The notes: a model not told the origin generated them from the letters alone. Numbered from the stretch's first letter, positions 30,184-40,819 are shown. The stretch is 64,000 bases of DNA from an uncultured bacterium (GCA_913055745.1 CAJXJZ010000005.1:1079-65078), one strand, 5' to 3'. Numbers and translations are program-made.

Positions 30184-31486
30184 TGATGAAGAACTTCAAA
30201 ACAGGACACTTGTTAACTTCTTAAGAAAAAAAGGATACAATGTACACTCTGCCCTAAGTTACGAAGAGGCAATTTCCCAAATCCAAAGAGAGCACTTTGA
30301 TATAGCCCTATTGGATTTAAGGCTCGGCGATAAAGATGGTATTGAACTTTTAAATGTGTTAAGAGAAAAAAATCCACTCATTAAGGGCATCATAATCACA
30401 GCATTTGGCACCATTGATGCGGCTGTCCGCTCTATGAAGAAGGGTGCTGTGGAGTTCCTAACAAAACCTATAAATCTTGAAGAACTCCTAAGTATCATTA
30501 AAAAAATAGAGGATGAGATTAGTATAAGCACCTTCAACGAGATAAAAGAGAATAAAAAGGGTGATATTAAAAAAAGTGGTATTGTTTTTAAGTCAGAGGT
30601 AATGAAAAAAATACTCTTACTCGCACTCAAGGCGGCAAAGAGTATGGCATCCATCTTAATAACCGGTGAGAGTGGGGTGGGAAAGGAGGAACTTGCAAGG
30701 TTTATTCATAGAAGTTCTGGGAGGATAGGAGACTTTGTTGCCATATCCTGCGCTGCAATACCTGAGAACCTCCTTGAATCAGAACTATTTGGATACAAGA
30801 AGGGAGCATTCACAGGTGCTAATACCGATAAAAAGGGCATGATTGAAGTGGCAGATGGTGGTACACTTTTTCTTGATGAGATAGGAGAGATGCCTCCCCA
30901 TCTTCAGGCAAAACTCCTCAGGTTCTTAGAAAGTGGAGAATATTGGAAACTTGGGGAAGCAATTCCTAAAAAAGCCAATGTAAGAATTATATCCGCCACC
31001 AATAGAAATCTTGAGAAGATGATAAAAGATGGGACTTTTAGAGAAGACCTCTTTTATAGGATAAACACCGTTTCTATTCACATACCACCTTTAAGAGAAA
31101 GGAGGGAAGACATAATACCGTTGGCAGAGCATTTTTTAAAGACCTTTTCAAAAAAAATGCACAAAGACATTAAAGGTTTTACAAAAGAAGCAAAATACTA
31201 CTTGATATCTCAAACATACAAAGGCAATGTAAGAGAACTTAAGAATATGATAGAGCGAGCAGTAGTGCTTGCTGATAAAGAATACATCACACCAGATATG
31301 TTTGAGAACTTTGAAAAATCAGAGGATAAGATTTTACTACGCCTTTCAGATGTAGAAAGGGAGCATATAAAAAAGGTCCTTTTGATGACAGATGGCAATA
31401 TTAAAGAGGCTGCAGAGATCCTTGGCATCCATAGAAATACCCTGACAAAGAAAATAAAAGAGTACTTTAAAGATAAGAATACTTGA
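30155..31486 (+). CDS. Sigma-54-dependent response regulator (NtrC family: REC + AAA + Fis HTH)
   Basis: REC with the phospho-Asp context (ALLDLRLGD). Walker [15 protein letters not shown] motif, and C-terminal HTH ([13 protein letters not shown]). Confidence 0.85.
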   Translation: MSSVNILVVDDEELQNRTLVNFLRKKGYNVHSALSYEEAISQIQREHFDIALLDLRLGDKDGIELLNVLREKNPLIKGIIITAFGTIDAAVRSMKKGAVEFLTKPINLEELLSIIKKIEDEISISTFNEIKENKKGDIKKSGIVFKSEVMKKILLLALKAAKSMASILITGESGVGKEELARFIHRSSGRIGDFVAISCAAIPENLLESELFGYKKGAFTGANTDKKGMIEVADGGTLFLDEIGEMPPHLQAKLLRFLESGEYWKLGEAIPKKANVRIISATNRNLEKMIKDGTFREDLFYRINTVSIHIPPLRERREDIIPLAEHFLKTFSKKMHKDIKGFTKEAKYYLISQTYKGNVRELKNMIERAVVLADKEYITPDMFENFEKSEDKILLRLSDVEREHIKKVLLMTDGNIKEAAEILGIHRNTLTKKIKEYFKDKNT

Positions 31487-31520
31487 CCTTTTTGACTTGT
31501 TGCTTTAACATAGAATAACT

Positions 31521-33239
31521 ATGATAAAAGCGACTTTCTCACCATCACCTGAGGATTATACACAACTTGAATTTTTATACAATAAGGCACTAAAAACCAA
31601 AGTACCCTCTGTAAAGGTTTATGTAAGTAAAGAAGGCAAAAATACCTTCCTTAAAGCGATTGTTGTGGCAGAAGACTGGGCAGGACTTGTTGATACTGCC
31701 TCAGGTGCTTTTCATGAAAAGGGATACAATTTAGAATATCTAAATTCCTTCACCGTAAAGGAAGAGGAAAGACTTATGGGAGTTGTAATTGCTCTTTCTG
31801 ATGTAACGCATAAAGATATAGAGAGGGTGAAGAATGATGCAAAAATATTGCAAAACTTTATAAAAGAAATTGCCCAAGGAGGGTATCGTGTAAAAAAAGT
31901 TATGGTTCTTGGCTTTGAGAAACTGTTTATTATGCTTAACATAGAAAGGGCATTACGTAAAATTCTCGATGAAGAAGAACTTAAAGAGATAGCAAGCCAG
32001 GATGGAGAACTCTTCTATTTTGTAATTTCAAGGTCTGAGGCCTATTTAAAAGATAGGGCAGCGGCCATGCTTGCAAAAGTAGTGGAATTTAATTACAGGG
32101 CAATAAAGGAATTGCGAGAGGTGGGGCGAGGAATTCGCGTTCTCGTGCACAACCTTCGTACGAAAAAAGGGGAGCATCTTACAGGTGTATCAGTGGCTGG
32201 GTTTGAGAGAGATATATCCATGGATGATGTCTTTGATGCCATAAGAGCACTCTACCCTCATTTTGTGCGTATGTATGATAAGCAGTTTACCACAGATGAT
32301 GGTATAACCGTTATACGGGTTGAGTTCTTTAAAGAGGGGAAACAGCCTGTTAAAAGGGACGAAATTGAACTTTTGAAAAACCATCTTGAAACCACACTTA
32401 AATACAAAAGGCCTCGCGTTCCTATGAACATCAACTTAGGACCTGAACTTTTTGGTAGGGTTGTTATACCAAAACTTATTGAGGAGGTTCAATCAAGCGG
32501 TGATACCAATGTTTACATATTCCCTTTTGAGAAAGATGACAAAGGCAATCTACTTATGATGATAGGAGTAGTTGGAAGAAAAAACAACAAAATAAATTAC
32601 AAAGAGGCACTTACAAGTGCCTTTAGCAAAACACAAAAATTTGAATTACAGAATTTCAGGTCAGGGTTTAGTCCCAGTAAAAGCATAGATGTACAAATCA
32701 TTACTATCAAGGCAAAACTCTCATATTTTGATTCCGAGGTTGAACTCTATACAGAGTTAAAGAATATACTTGAAAAATCCATAGGCTTTTTTAGAGACTT
32801 TGACGAAGGCATGAGAAAACTGGATAGAACAAAATTAAGTCAAATCATGGAAGATTTCAAAGGCTCTCAGATATCCGAAAGATTTATAAAGTCATACTAC
32901 TATTCACTTGATGTTTTTTATAGGATATCTCAACCTGTTCAGAATATTATTGAGGAGATAAGGTTCGCTCATAATCTATTTGTAGATTATTTTAGACATA
33001 ACCACAAAATTGACATGTTAATAGGAAATAAAAGAATATACTTAAGCATTATCGGTAAGGAAAACGAAATAAATCTACAAAAAATAATAAAGCTCTTAAC
33101 TCCTTACAATCCAACATTTACAAGGCTTGATATTTTTGGCGTCATTCTTTGCACATTTACTTTTCAGTTAGAGGATAAAAAGCGTATTGAAGAACTCAAA
33201 TCTATTTATGAGTCTATTAAAAAGGAGATGGTATCATGA
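31521..33239 (+). CDS. Multi-ACT-like-domain protein of unknown function (572 aa), translationally coupled to the FBP aldolase/phosphatase gene
   Basis: Several ~70-aa segments with an ACT-like beta-alpha-beta-beta-alpha-beta pattern (AIVVAEDWAGLVDTASGAFHEKGYNLEYLNSF, LMMIGVVGRKNNK...). The stop overlaps the downstream start (ATGA). Confidence 0.45.
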   Translation: MIKATFSPSPEDYTQLEFLYNKALKTKVPSVKVYVSKEGKNTFLKAIVVAEDWAGLVDTASGAFHEKGYNLEYLNSFTVKEEERLMGVVIALSDVTHKDIERVKNDAKILQNFIKEIAQGGYRVKKVMVLGFEKLFIMLNIERALRKILDEEELKEIASQDGELFYFVISRSEAYLKDRAAAMLAKVVEFNYRAIKELREVGRGIRVLVHNLRTKKGEHLTGVSVAGFERDISMDDVFDAIRALYPHFVRMYDKQFTTDDGITVIRVEFFKEGKQPVKRDEIELLKNHLETTLKYKRPRVPMNINLGPELFGRVVIPKLIEEVQSSGDTNVYIFPFEKDDKGNLLMMIGVVGRKNNKINYKEALTSAFSKTQKFELQNFRSGFSPSKSIDVQIITIKAKLSYFDSEVELYTELKNILEKSIGFFRDFDEGMRKLDRTKLSQIMEDFKGSQISERFIKSYYYSLDVFYRISQPVQNIIEEIRFAHNLFVDYFRHNHKIDMLIGNKRIYLSIIGKENEINLQKIIKLLTPYNPTFTRLDIFGVILCTFTFQLEDKKRIEELKSIYESIKKEMVS

Positions 33240-34330
33240 AGGTTACTTTATCTGTAATAAAGGCAGACATTGGAGGCTATGTAGGCCACTCTGGCATGCA
33301 CCCAAGACTCATGGAAACCGCAGAAGAAGAGCTGAAAAAGGCACAGGATGATGGCAAAATACTGGATTTCCATGTTCTCAGGGTCGGAGACGACCTTCAG
33401 CTTATAATGACGCATACAAAAGGTAGGGATGACGAAGAGATTCACAAACTCGCATGGGACACATTTCTAAAATGCACAGAAGAGGCAAAAAAACTAAAAC
33501 TCTATGGTGCCGGACAGGACCTTTTAAAAGATGCATTCTCTGGAAATATCAAAGGGCTTGGCCCTGGTATAGCGGAGATGGAATTTGAGGAGAGACCATC
33601 AGAGCCTGTGATTATCTTTATGGCAGATAAGACCTCGCCAGGTGCATGGAACTTACCACTATACAAAATCTTTGGCGACCCATTCAATACGGCAGGACTT
33701 GTTATAGACCCGAAAATGCATGATGGATTTAGGTTTAGGGTATTGGATGTTTATGAAAACAAGGTTGTAGATTTCAATTTACCAGAAGATACCTATGATA
33801 TGCTTGCTTTAATAGGAGCAACAGAGCACTATATAATCAAAGAAGTATACAGAAGAGACAATGGTGATATCGCTGCTGTAAGTTCAACACAGAAACTCTC
33901 CATGATGGCAGGAAGATACGTAGGAAAAGATGACCCAGTACTTGTGGTAAGGTCGCAGTCAGGTTTCCCTGCAGTTGGTGAAGTGCTTGAACCTTTTGCA
34001 TTTCCTCACCTTGTGACAGGATGGATGCGTGGCTCCCATATAGGTCCTCTGATGCCTGTTGCATTTCATGAGGCAAACCCGTCAAGATTTGATGGTCCAC
34101 CAAGAGTCATAGCAGCAGGCTTTCAGATTGCAGAAGGAAAACTTATTGGACCAAGAGATATGTTTGATGACCCATCCTTTGACGAGGCAAGAAGGACTGC
34201 TAATATAATGTCTGACTACATAAGAAGACACGGTCCATTTGAGCCACACAGGCTCCATTTACAGGAAATGGAATACACTACACTCCCACAGGTTCTAAAA
34301 AAACTGAAAGACAGATTTAAAGGGATATAA
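33236..34330 (+). CDS. Bifunctional fructose-1,6-bisphosphate aldolase/phosphatase (class V, archaeal-type FBPase)
   Basis: Near-diagnostic N-terminus MKVTLSVIKADIGGYVGH and blocks GDDLQLIMTHTKG, GAGQDLL.DAFSGN.KGLGPGIAEME, as in archaeal/Aquificae FBP A/P. Confidence 0.85.
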   Translation: MKVTLSVIKADIGGYVGHSGMHPRLMETAEEELKKAQDDGKILDFHVLRVGDDLQLIMTHTKGRDDEEIHKLAWDTFLKCTEEAKKLKLYGAGQDLLKDAFSGNIKGLGPGIAEMEFEERPSEPVIIFMADKTSPGAWNLPLYKIFGDPFNTAGLVIDPKMHDGFRFRVLDVYENKVVDFNLPEDTYDMLALIGATEHYIIKEVYRRDNGDIAAVSSTQKLSMMAGRYVGKDDPVLVVRSQSGFPAVGEVLEPFAFPHLVTGWMRGSHIGPLMPVAFHEANPSRFDGPPRVIAAGFQIAEGKLIGPRDMFDDPSFDEARRTANIMSDYIRRHGPFEPHRLHLQEMEYTTLPQVLKKLKDRFKGI

Positions 34331-34354
34331 AAGGGGCCATGCCCCTTCTTCTTC

Positions 34355-35986
34355 ATGCAATTATTAGTTTTTATCCTCCTTTCCACCTTTTTAAGATTCA
34401 ATAAGATCAATATCCAAGGCGCGCAATTTTTTTCTAAAGGGGCACTAAAAAAGGTCCTCTCTATTAAAAAAGCCACTCCATACAACCTTTTGTATCTTAG
34501 AGCAAGGGAGCGGAGGATAATTGAACTTTACAAGGGATATGGTTTTTTTGATATCCATCTCAGTGAAGGAAAAATAGAGTTTAAGAAGAATAAAGTCAAT
34601 ATAACCCTTAAAATCATAGAGGGTAAAAGATATAAAATAGGGAAATTACGAATCCTGCCAAAAGAAGTAATAGAAGAAACAGGCGTATTAAAGCATAGAA
34701 ATTTACACGGGTTTTTCTCCTATGAAACCATAGGAGAAATTGAGGATTTTATCTTCCAACACTATGCAAATAGCGGTTATCCATTTGTAAATATAAGAGA
34801 CTCTATAATCCCTTGTAAAGACACCCATCTTGTGGATGTAATTATCTTTGTAAACAAAGGTGGGCGATATATCATAGATGACATTTACATCCAAAGGAAC
34901 AAAGGCATAAGGCCATATCTCATAAAAAAGGTAATAACAATAAAAAAGGGGCAGTATTTTTCAAGAAAACGGATCTTAGAAAGCCTCCGTGAAATAAATG
35001 CACTCGGTATATATGAAGGAATCTCTTACTCGTTAAAAGAAACATCAGATTCAACCTTAATAATAATAATAACAGCAAAACCTGCACCATCACGATTCAT
35101 CCGCATTGAAGGAGGTTACAACATCCCACGAGAGTTCCATGGTACATTCAGAATAGGACATGATAATATATTTAAAGATGCACAAAAGTTATCCATTCAA
35201 TACAACTTCTTGAGGACACCAAAACATCCCCTTCAAAGAAAATCTGAAATATACTATACAGAACCACTATTTTTGGATCAAAAACTTTCTTTTCAATTGC
35301 ATCCATTTTATCAAAGGGATTATGAACTTGGGAATGAACTATATGGAATTGATATGTCCTTGGGTAAGAGGATAGCAAGCTACTCCATTCTACGTTTTTT
35401 CCTTGGGTGGAAGAATCTCAGCATGGGCACAGATGTACATGGTATATCCAATTCAGCAGTTCTCACATATAGCACAAACAGAACAAATAATTTTTTCTAC
35501 CCTACAAGGGGCATAAAATATACGACAAAGATTCAGCAGACAGGAGGAATACTAAGGGGAGATTTTTCCTTTAGAAGATTATATGTTTCCTTTGCCGGGT
35601 ATTATAGCATAGAAGGGTATGTATTTGCCCTTTACAACGCATTGATGTATCAAAGGCCATTTGGCAAAACAAACATCATACCACTTGAGGAGAAATTTAG
35701 AATAGGAGGGGACGGGACTGTAAGGGGTGTTAAAAGGGATTATGTCATGACCGATGGGGGTATACTAATGGATATTGAAATCAGAAGAAAATTTACACAC
35801 TGGTTTGGTGTATCTATTTTTATGGACAATTTCTATGTGCTTTCTGGCATGCACGATTTAATACAATCACCTGGATTTGGCATAAGGCTATATACCCCTG
35901 CAGGTCCTTTGAGGATAGATTTCGCATCACCAGTTGATAACCTGAAAAATGTTCAGATAAACATAGGCATTGGCGAAATGTTCTAA
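34355..35986 (+). CDS. Omp85-family outer membrane protein (BamA/TamA-like: POTRA + D15 beta-barrel)
   Basis: POTRA-like N-terminal repeats. C-terminal barrel with GxDG-like RIGGDGTVRG and a terminal ...GIGEMF aromatic. Confidence 0.7.
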   Translation: MQLLVFILLSTFLRFNKINIQGAQFFSKGALKKVLSIKKATPYNLLYLRARERRIIELYKGYGFFDIHLSEGKIEFKKNKVNITLKIIEGKRYKIGKLRILPKEVIEETGVLKHRNLHGFFSYETIGEIEDFIFQHYANSGYPFVNIRDSIIPCKDTHLVDVIIFVNKGGRYIIDDIYIQRNKGIRPYLIKKVITIKKGQYFSRKRILESLREINALGIYEGISYSLKETSDSTLIIIITAKPAPSRFIRIEGGYNIPREFHGTFRIGHDNIFKDAQKLSIQYNFLRTPKHPLQRKSEIYYTEPLFLDQKLSFQLHPFYQRDYELGNELYGIDMSLGKRIASYSILRFFLGWKNLSMGTDVHGISNSAVLTYSTNRTNNFFYPTRGIKYTTKIQQTGGILRGDFSFRRLYVSFAGYYSIEGYVFALYNALMYQRPFGKTNIIPLEEKFRIGGDGTVRGVKRDYVMTDGGILMDIEIRRKFTHWFGVSIFMDNFYVLSGMHDLIQSPGFGIRLYTPAGPLRIDFASPVDNLKNVQINIGIGEMF

Positions 35987-36939
35987 TGAAAATACTTCTC
36001 ATAAGGCTATCTGCATTAGGTGATCTTGTAATAATGACCTCTCTTCTTGAATATCTCAAAGACAAAGGAGAGATAACCTTAATTACAAAAAAGAAGTACT
36101 TTGAACTCTTTGAAAAAGACCCGAGGGTATCCCGTCTTGTTGATGAAAAGAATTTTAACACCATCAAACATGAGAAATTTGACATAGCCTGCGACCTTCA
36201 CGCAAAACCTAAAACCATTATAAAACTCCTTAAGGTGAGAGCATCAAAAAAATGCATAATAAATAAGCGTGCATTACAAAGAAGGCTCTCAGTATGGTTT
36301 AAGAAAGACATAAAAGAAGTACCATTATACAAACTCTATACAAGGCCATTTCATCGCTTTTTTGAGGACCATTCCTACCCCATACCTTCCATAAATATTC
36401 CTTTTGACGAATCATTAAGGCCTTTAAAAAGGTATATTGCTGTATTCCCAGGGGCAAGCCAGGTGTCAAAAAGATGGCCTTTGGAATATTTTTTAGAGGT
36501 ATCAAGAATGGTATATGAAAAATACAGTATACCATCTGTATATCTTGGCGCAGAAGATATTAAATTACCAGATGCACCTTATGTCGCGGATCTCATGGGA
36601 ACAAAACCCCTATCGTACATCATAAATACAGAAAAATTTGCCACCTTTGTTTTGTCCAACGACTCAGGCCCTGCACACATTGCGGCGGCAGTGAATACGC
36701 CTTTATTTGTCATATTTGGACCAACAATCCCTGAGTTTGGCTTCAGGCCCGTATCAAAAGCACCCGTGTATCTTTTTGAAAGAAAAGACCTTTCATGCAG
36801 ACCATGCTCATTGCATGGGGAGAAAAAATGCAAGTATGGTGACTTAAGATGCCTAAGAGGCATAACACCATCTATTGTTTTAGATAAAATAGATGAATTT
36901 TTCAAAAGATATAACTCCACCGTATCTCCAAAAAAATAA
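35986..36939 (+). CDS. Glycosyltransferase family 9 (LPS heptosyltransferase-like)
   Basis: N-terminal MKILLIRLSALGDLV and C-terminal GNDSGPAHIAAAV motif typical of RfaF/RfaC/RfaQ. Confidence 0.8.
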   Translation: MKILLIRLSALGDLVIMTSLLEYLKDKGEITLITKKKYFELFEKDPRVSRLVDEKNFNTIKHEKFDIACDLHAKPKTIIKLLKVRASKKCIINKRALQRRLSVWFKKDIKEVPLYKLYTRPFHRFFEDHSYPIPSINIPFDESLRPLKRYIAVFPGASQVSKRWPLEYFLEVSRMVYEKYSIPSVYLGAEDIKLPDAPYVADLMGTKPLSYIINTEKFATFVLSNDSGPAHIAAAVNTPLFVIFGPTIPEFGFRPVSKAPVYLFERKDLSCRPCSLHGEKKCKYGDLRCLRGITPSIVLDKIDEFFKRYNSTVSPKK

Positions 36940-36990
36940 ATCTATTCCTAGCCATGTGCTTGAACTCTCCAATTTGAGGTGAGCCGCCCG

Positions 36991-37019
36991 CTTGACAGTA
37001 CATACATACTCAATTAAAA
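36991..37019 (+). promoter_or_regulatory. Sigma-70 promoter of tRNA-Met (TTGACA-17-TAAAAT)
   Basis: Consensus -35 TTGACA (36991-36996), 17-nt spacer, -10 TAAAAT (37014-37019), 11 nt before the tRNA 5' end. Confidence 0.5.
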
Positions 37020-37030
37020 TTTATAAAACT

Positions 37031-37104
37031 GGCGGCGTAGCTCAGTTGGTTAGAGCAGCGGAATCATAATCCGCGTGTCCGGGGTTCGAGTCCCTGCGCC
37101 GCCA
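37031..37104 (+). tRNA. tRNA-Met(CAT), elongator type, or lysidine-modified tRNA-Ile2. The G1-C72 pair means it is not the initiator.
   Basis: Acceptor ggcggcg/cgccgcc. Anticodon stem gcgga/tccgc and loop atCATaa. T-loop ttcgagt. Followed by a T-run. Confidence 0.9.
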
Positions 37105-37200
37105 TTTTTTATATCACTCAAGTATTTTATAATAATTCTAAGTTTATTTGTTTTTTCATCAAACAAGTATTATAATATAATCTTAAATAGGAGGACAATT

Positions 37201-38337
37201 ATGCAAAACATCGTTGAGATAGGCAAAGGATTTTACAAACTAAGTTCCAGTGAAAAGGATTTCCATAGGAACATTTATATTAGAAAATTCCCCATAAAAA
37301 AAGAAGGTCTGGGATTCCTTTTTCAAAGATTTAAGAAAAAAAATAGCATCAATATGATTATGGATCCTGGGACAAAACTTGACCTTCCTTTACTTGAAGA
37401 TGCATTGAAAGAACTAATTGGAGGGCTCAAAAATATTGATATAATCTTTGTTAGTCATCAGGATCCTGATGTAACATCCAACGTATCTCCTCTTCTTATG
37501 AGGGCAAAAAACTCTTTTCTAATTGGTTCTATAGACGCATGGAGGCTTATTAAGATGTACGGTGTGCCACAAGGAAGATTTAAAGCAGCAGAATCTTTTG
37601 TATCCTCTTATTTTGAAATACCAGGGACAACATCAAAGATCTATTTTGTTCCTGCTACATATTGCCATTTCAGAGGGGCAATGATGGTATACGACCCTGA
37701 GACAAGAATACTATTTTCTGGGGATTTTATGGCTGGTCTTAATACAATGAATAAGCAATCTGTATACGCTGATGAGAGCGCATGGCCCGGGATTGCATTA
37801 TTCCACCAGATCTATATGCCATCAAAAAAGGCTATACAGAGAACTATAGAACTTATACGAATGCTTACACCCAAGGTTGAAGTGATAGCCCCTCAGCATG
37901 GATATGTTATAAAGGGGGACCTTGTGGATGAATTCCTTGAAAGATTGTATCATCTTGATGTGGGCGTTGATATAGAGGATGTAAATAATGCCTATACAGG
38001 CCGTCTTGTCCTTGCACTCTCAGAATTTCTAAGTAAAGTAAAGGTATATAACATAATAGTTCATACAAAACTTCTTAAACTCCTTAAAGAATCCCAATCC
38101 AGGGAGTTTACACAGCCTATAGTCTTTATGGGGGAAGAGGTTTCTAAAATAAACATAGGGTATGAAGAGGCTGTTGAATATATTGTAAGTGTCATAAGGC
38201 GTAATTTTAAAAAAGAAGCCAATGAACTTTTAATAATTCTTCAAGATATTCTTGTTGATCTTTCCTTACCCATTCCACCTTTTTTATCAAACTTATTAAG
38301 GAAAGACCTTGAAGAAAATGCCTTTAAGGGAGAATAA
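37201..38337 (+). CDS. Metallo-beta-lactamase-fold protein with a degenerate metal-binding motif (SHQDPD)
   Basis: AGGAGG RBS then ATG at 37201. MBL-like alpha-beta/beta-alpha topology with FVSHQDPDV in place of HxHxDH. The six-frame ORF start at 37075 is a GTG inside the tRNA. Confidence 0.5.
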   Translation: MQNIVEIGKGFYKLSSSEKDFHRNIYIRKFPIKKEGLGFLFQRFKKKNSINMIMDPGTKLDLPLLEDALKELIGGLKNIDIIFVSHQDPDVTSNVSPLLMRAKNSFLIGSIDAWRLIKMYGVPQGRFKAAESFVSSYFEIPGTTSKIYFVPATYCHFRGAMMVYDPETRILFSGDFMAGLNTMNKQSVYADESAWPGIALFHQIYMPSKKAIQRTIELIRMLTPKVEVIAPQHGYVIKGDLVDEFLERLYHLDVGVDIEDVNNAYTGRLVLALSEFLSKVKVYNIIVHTKLLKLLKESQSREFTQPIVFMGEEVSKINIGYEEAVEYIVSVIRRNFKKEANELLIILQDILVDLSLPIPPFLSNLLRKDLEENAFKGE

Positions 38338-40672
38338 TAAATTTTGTCTTTGCACTTTTAAAGGTGGTATGACAGAACACATTATACATGCCAGGTGATA
38401 GACTACGGATGGGTAAGGAAAATTTAAGAATGCCAGGACCCCGATTATAAAATCGTATTGTTTTTACGAGTTTTCCATTTAAGGTAAATACTTTTATTAT
38501 GCCATCACCCCTATGGACAAATTGAAGGGGTAAAATAATCTCATTATGAATGGATTTTTTTGCAGGATTTGGGTATGGGTCTAAAAACTCAACATCTTCG
38601 CCGTTTGAATTCTTTATTGAAAGTGCATTATAAGCCTTTTTTCCATCTATCCTACCGTATCCTGTAATATTATTTGGCGCATTATAGCCATTTAATTGAG
38701 TGGCATTGTTTATTAATAGTGTTCTCATGGAACTTGCGCTCATGTCTGGATCAGTGCTCCATAAAGATGCTATAAATCCCGCTGTGAGGGCTGTGGATAC
38801 AGATGTGCCTCCGAGCATGTAAACAGTACCATCTTCCTTTGTCCAGTATGCATTAAAAGGAGCCACTAATTCTGGCTTTATCCGCCCATCTCCTGATGGT
38901 CCATAGGAACAATTGGCAACCTCCTCACATGTGGTATCACATCCACCAATAGCCAGGATGTTATATGCATCTGCTGGAGCGACAAGAGATGTATCACCAT
39001 CCTGGGGAATAGTGCTGTGTATCTCATTTCCCATGGCTGTGACTACAAGTGTACCAAAGGACAACGCCTTTGATGCCATCCTTGAAGATACCGGGAAATG
39101 CCCATTTAATTCTCTTTTTGAATACCAGTCTTTATACCCTAAGGAACTGGATACAATTTGTGCATTATTATAGATAGCAAATTCAAGTGCCTCAACCCAA
39201 AAATCTTCCTCAACAACATTTTCAAAATTGTTTCCTTGGGGCGATTCCCCTCTCTCTGTTTTACATAGAATAAAATTTGCAAGTGGTGCAATACCCGTTA
39301 TTCTCCCTTCCCAAAAACCACCTATAAGTGATAGCATTTCAGTACCATGCATGTTATAATCGTCTTTATTATCTGGCATAACATCCCTATCCCCCCTCTG
39401 TCTTATTAAAACCCTCGCCCCTTGGGCATCTACAAGGTCAGAAAGTCCACTATGTATCTTATATAAAGCATCTTTATAAATAGCATAGGCTGAATAATCG
39501 TTAAATGTTCCATACATTGTAGAGTCCCCATCAAACGCAGGAGGTGATGTGAGGATATTTTTACTTATATTAACTATGTCCCCATTTTGCATGTTATATG
39601 CAAAGGTACCGTCCATATCTGAATAATAAAACATACTATTTTTAGGATTTAGTCCAGGATTTATACCATAATGCGTAAATATCGTCTTTTTATTAGGAAT
39701 ATCATACAATCCAACGCTATCATATGTGGCGTAAACCAAATACCTGTTATCATAGACTTTAAGATATGTAATGTGTTCCTTATGAAGGATGGTATCTTTC
39801 TTTATGATGTTGCCACCAAGCAATCCTGCCATACAGGCCCCATTTTTTTGCCCGTAGTATACAAAAAGTGTATCTCCCTTAAAGGACAAATCAGGGAAAA
39901 TGTGATCAGAGGCATCGGATGTTATAGGTATTCTATTTACCGTTCCATCAGGTAGCCTCTTAATGAGTTCTATTTGCATATAACCCCCAGAAATCATCTC
40001 ATATACAACAAAAAGTGTATCTTGCTTTAAATACGCCTTAGGTTTAATACTTCTCTCGTTCGTAGATATCACTTCCCTCGTGCCATTGTGAAGAATAAGC
40101 ATCCTATAACCATTATCATTTAATGCGAGTATATCTATGGGTACATAGGATACCACAATAAAACTATCTTTTATGCTGAAACCGTTTATGTACACAAGTG
40201 AATCGCTTAAAAAGACCTCTTGCCCATCTAAGAAAAGATGGTCCCCTGAATTAAAATCGTATTGCGATATGACCCTCCCCTCCCTATAGATACTATTTAT
40301 TGCAGGGTGTGTGGAGTCGAAACCTGTATCAAATACACCAATGGTAATACCCTGTCCATATAGCCCTTTTGAATGTAAAAAGTCCACACCTATCTTTTTA
40401 TAAATAAACTCATTATCACCGTAATAAGGCACCTTTTCCATAAAAAGACGATTTACTCTACCCTCTCTTACCCTAAGAAATTTTAATTTGCCTTTATTCT
40501 TTTTAACTACATCCCGTGGTATTGAAAATGAAGACATACCAAGAATATAGGAAGTTGTCCTTTTGCGTGCACCGAGTGCCTCCAATTTAAGGCCAATATT
40601 GGAATATGTAGAACTTAACCAGAAATTTCCAGATGTTATAAAGAGTGATAAGAAAAAACTTGCAAAAGACAC
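38324..40672 (-). CDS. Secreted peptidase S8 (subtilase) with T9SS C-terminal sorting domain
   Basis: Signal peptide. S8 motifs (GVFDTGFDSTHPAI, HGTEMLSLIGG, GTSVSTALTAG). C-terminal YPNPAKKSI...IKVFTLNGKLVKTI...PGMYNV...KFIILP matches the CTD. Confidence 0.8.
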   Translation of the reverse strand: MSFASFFLSLFITSGNFWLSSTYSNIGLKLEALGARKRTTSYILGMSSFSIPRDVVKKNKGKLKFLRVREGRVNRLFMEKVPYYGDNEFIYKKIGVDFLHSKGLYGQGITIGVFDTGFDSTHPAINSIYREGRVISQYDFNSGDHLFLDGQEVFLSDSLVYINGFSIKDSFIVVSYVPIDILALNDNGYRMLILHNGTREVISTNERSIKPKAYLKQDTLFVVYEMISGGYMQIELIKRLPDGTVNRIPITSDASDHIFPDLSFKGDTLFVYYGQKNGACMAGLLGGNIIKKDTILHKEHITYLKVYDNRYLVYATYDSVGLYDIPNKKTIFTHYGINPGLNPKNSMFYYSDMDGTFAYNMQNGDIVNISKNILTSPPAFDGDSTMYGTFNDYSAYAIYKDALYKIHSGLSDLVDAQGARVLIRQRGDRDVMPDNKDDYNMHGTEMLSLIGGFWEGRITGIAPLANFILCKTERGESPQGNNFENVVEEDFWVEALEFAIYNNAQIVSSSLGYKDWYSKRELNGHFPVSSRMASKALSFGTLVVTAMGNEIHSTIPQDGDTSLVAPADAYNILAIGGCDTTCEEVANCSYGPSGDGRIKPELVAPFNAYWTKEDGTVYMLGGTSVSTALTAGFIASLWSTDPDMSASSMRTLLINNATQLNGYNAPNNITGYGRIDGKKAYNALSIKNSNGEDVEFLDPYPNPAKKSIHNEIILPLQFVHRGDGIIKVFTLNGKLVKTIRFYNRGPGILKFSLPIRSLSPGMYNVFCHTTFKSAKTKFIILP

Positions 40673-40699
40673 ATTATCTCCCTGTAAAAATACAAAAAA

Positions 40700-40772
40700 T
40701 GCGCCGCGGAGGACTTGAACCCCCAGCCCACGGATTAAGAGTCCGTTGCTCTACCAGTTGAGCTAGCGGCGC
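40700..40772 (-). tRNA. tRNA-Lys (anticodon CTT). CCA not encoded.
   Basis: Reverse complement gives acceptor gcgccgc/gcggcgc, anticodon stem acgga/tccgt with loop ctCTTaa, and T-loop ggttcaagtcc. It lies 28 nt upstream of the S8 protease start on the same strand. Confidence 0.9.
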
Positions 40773-40786
40773 ATGTTATATGTTAT

Positions 40787-40815
40787 ATTATAAACTCTAC
40801 AAGCCGAATATTCAA
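40787..40815 (-). promoter_or_regulatory. Putative sigma-70 promoter of tRNA-Lys (TTGAAT-17-TATAAT on the minus strand)
   Basis: Reverse complement reads ttgaat (40815-40810), 17-nt spacer, tataat (40792-40787), about 14 nt before the tRNA 5' end. Confidence 0.4.
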
Positions 40816-40819
40816 CCTA

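Noticed and set aside
37075-37200. Six-frame ORF start at 37075 (GTG) extending the MBL-fold gene into tRNA-Met
   Set aside because: It would overlap the tRNA on the same strand. An AGGAGG RBS and ATG at 37201 give a sensible start.
38324-40772. Mobile element or integration at tRNA-Lys/tRNA-Met (genes between two tRNAs)
   Set aside because: No integrase, no direct repeats of the tRNA 3' ends and no compositional shift. The intervening genes are ordinary secreted protease and MBL genes.
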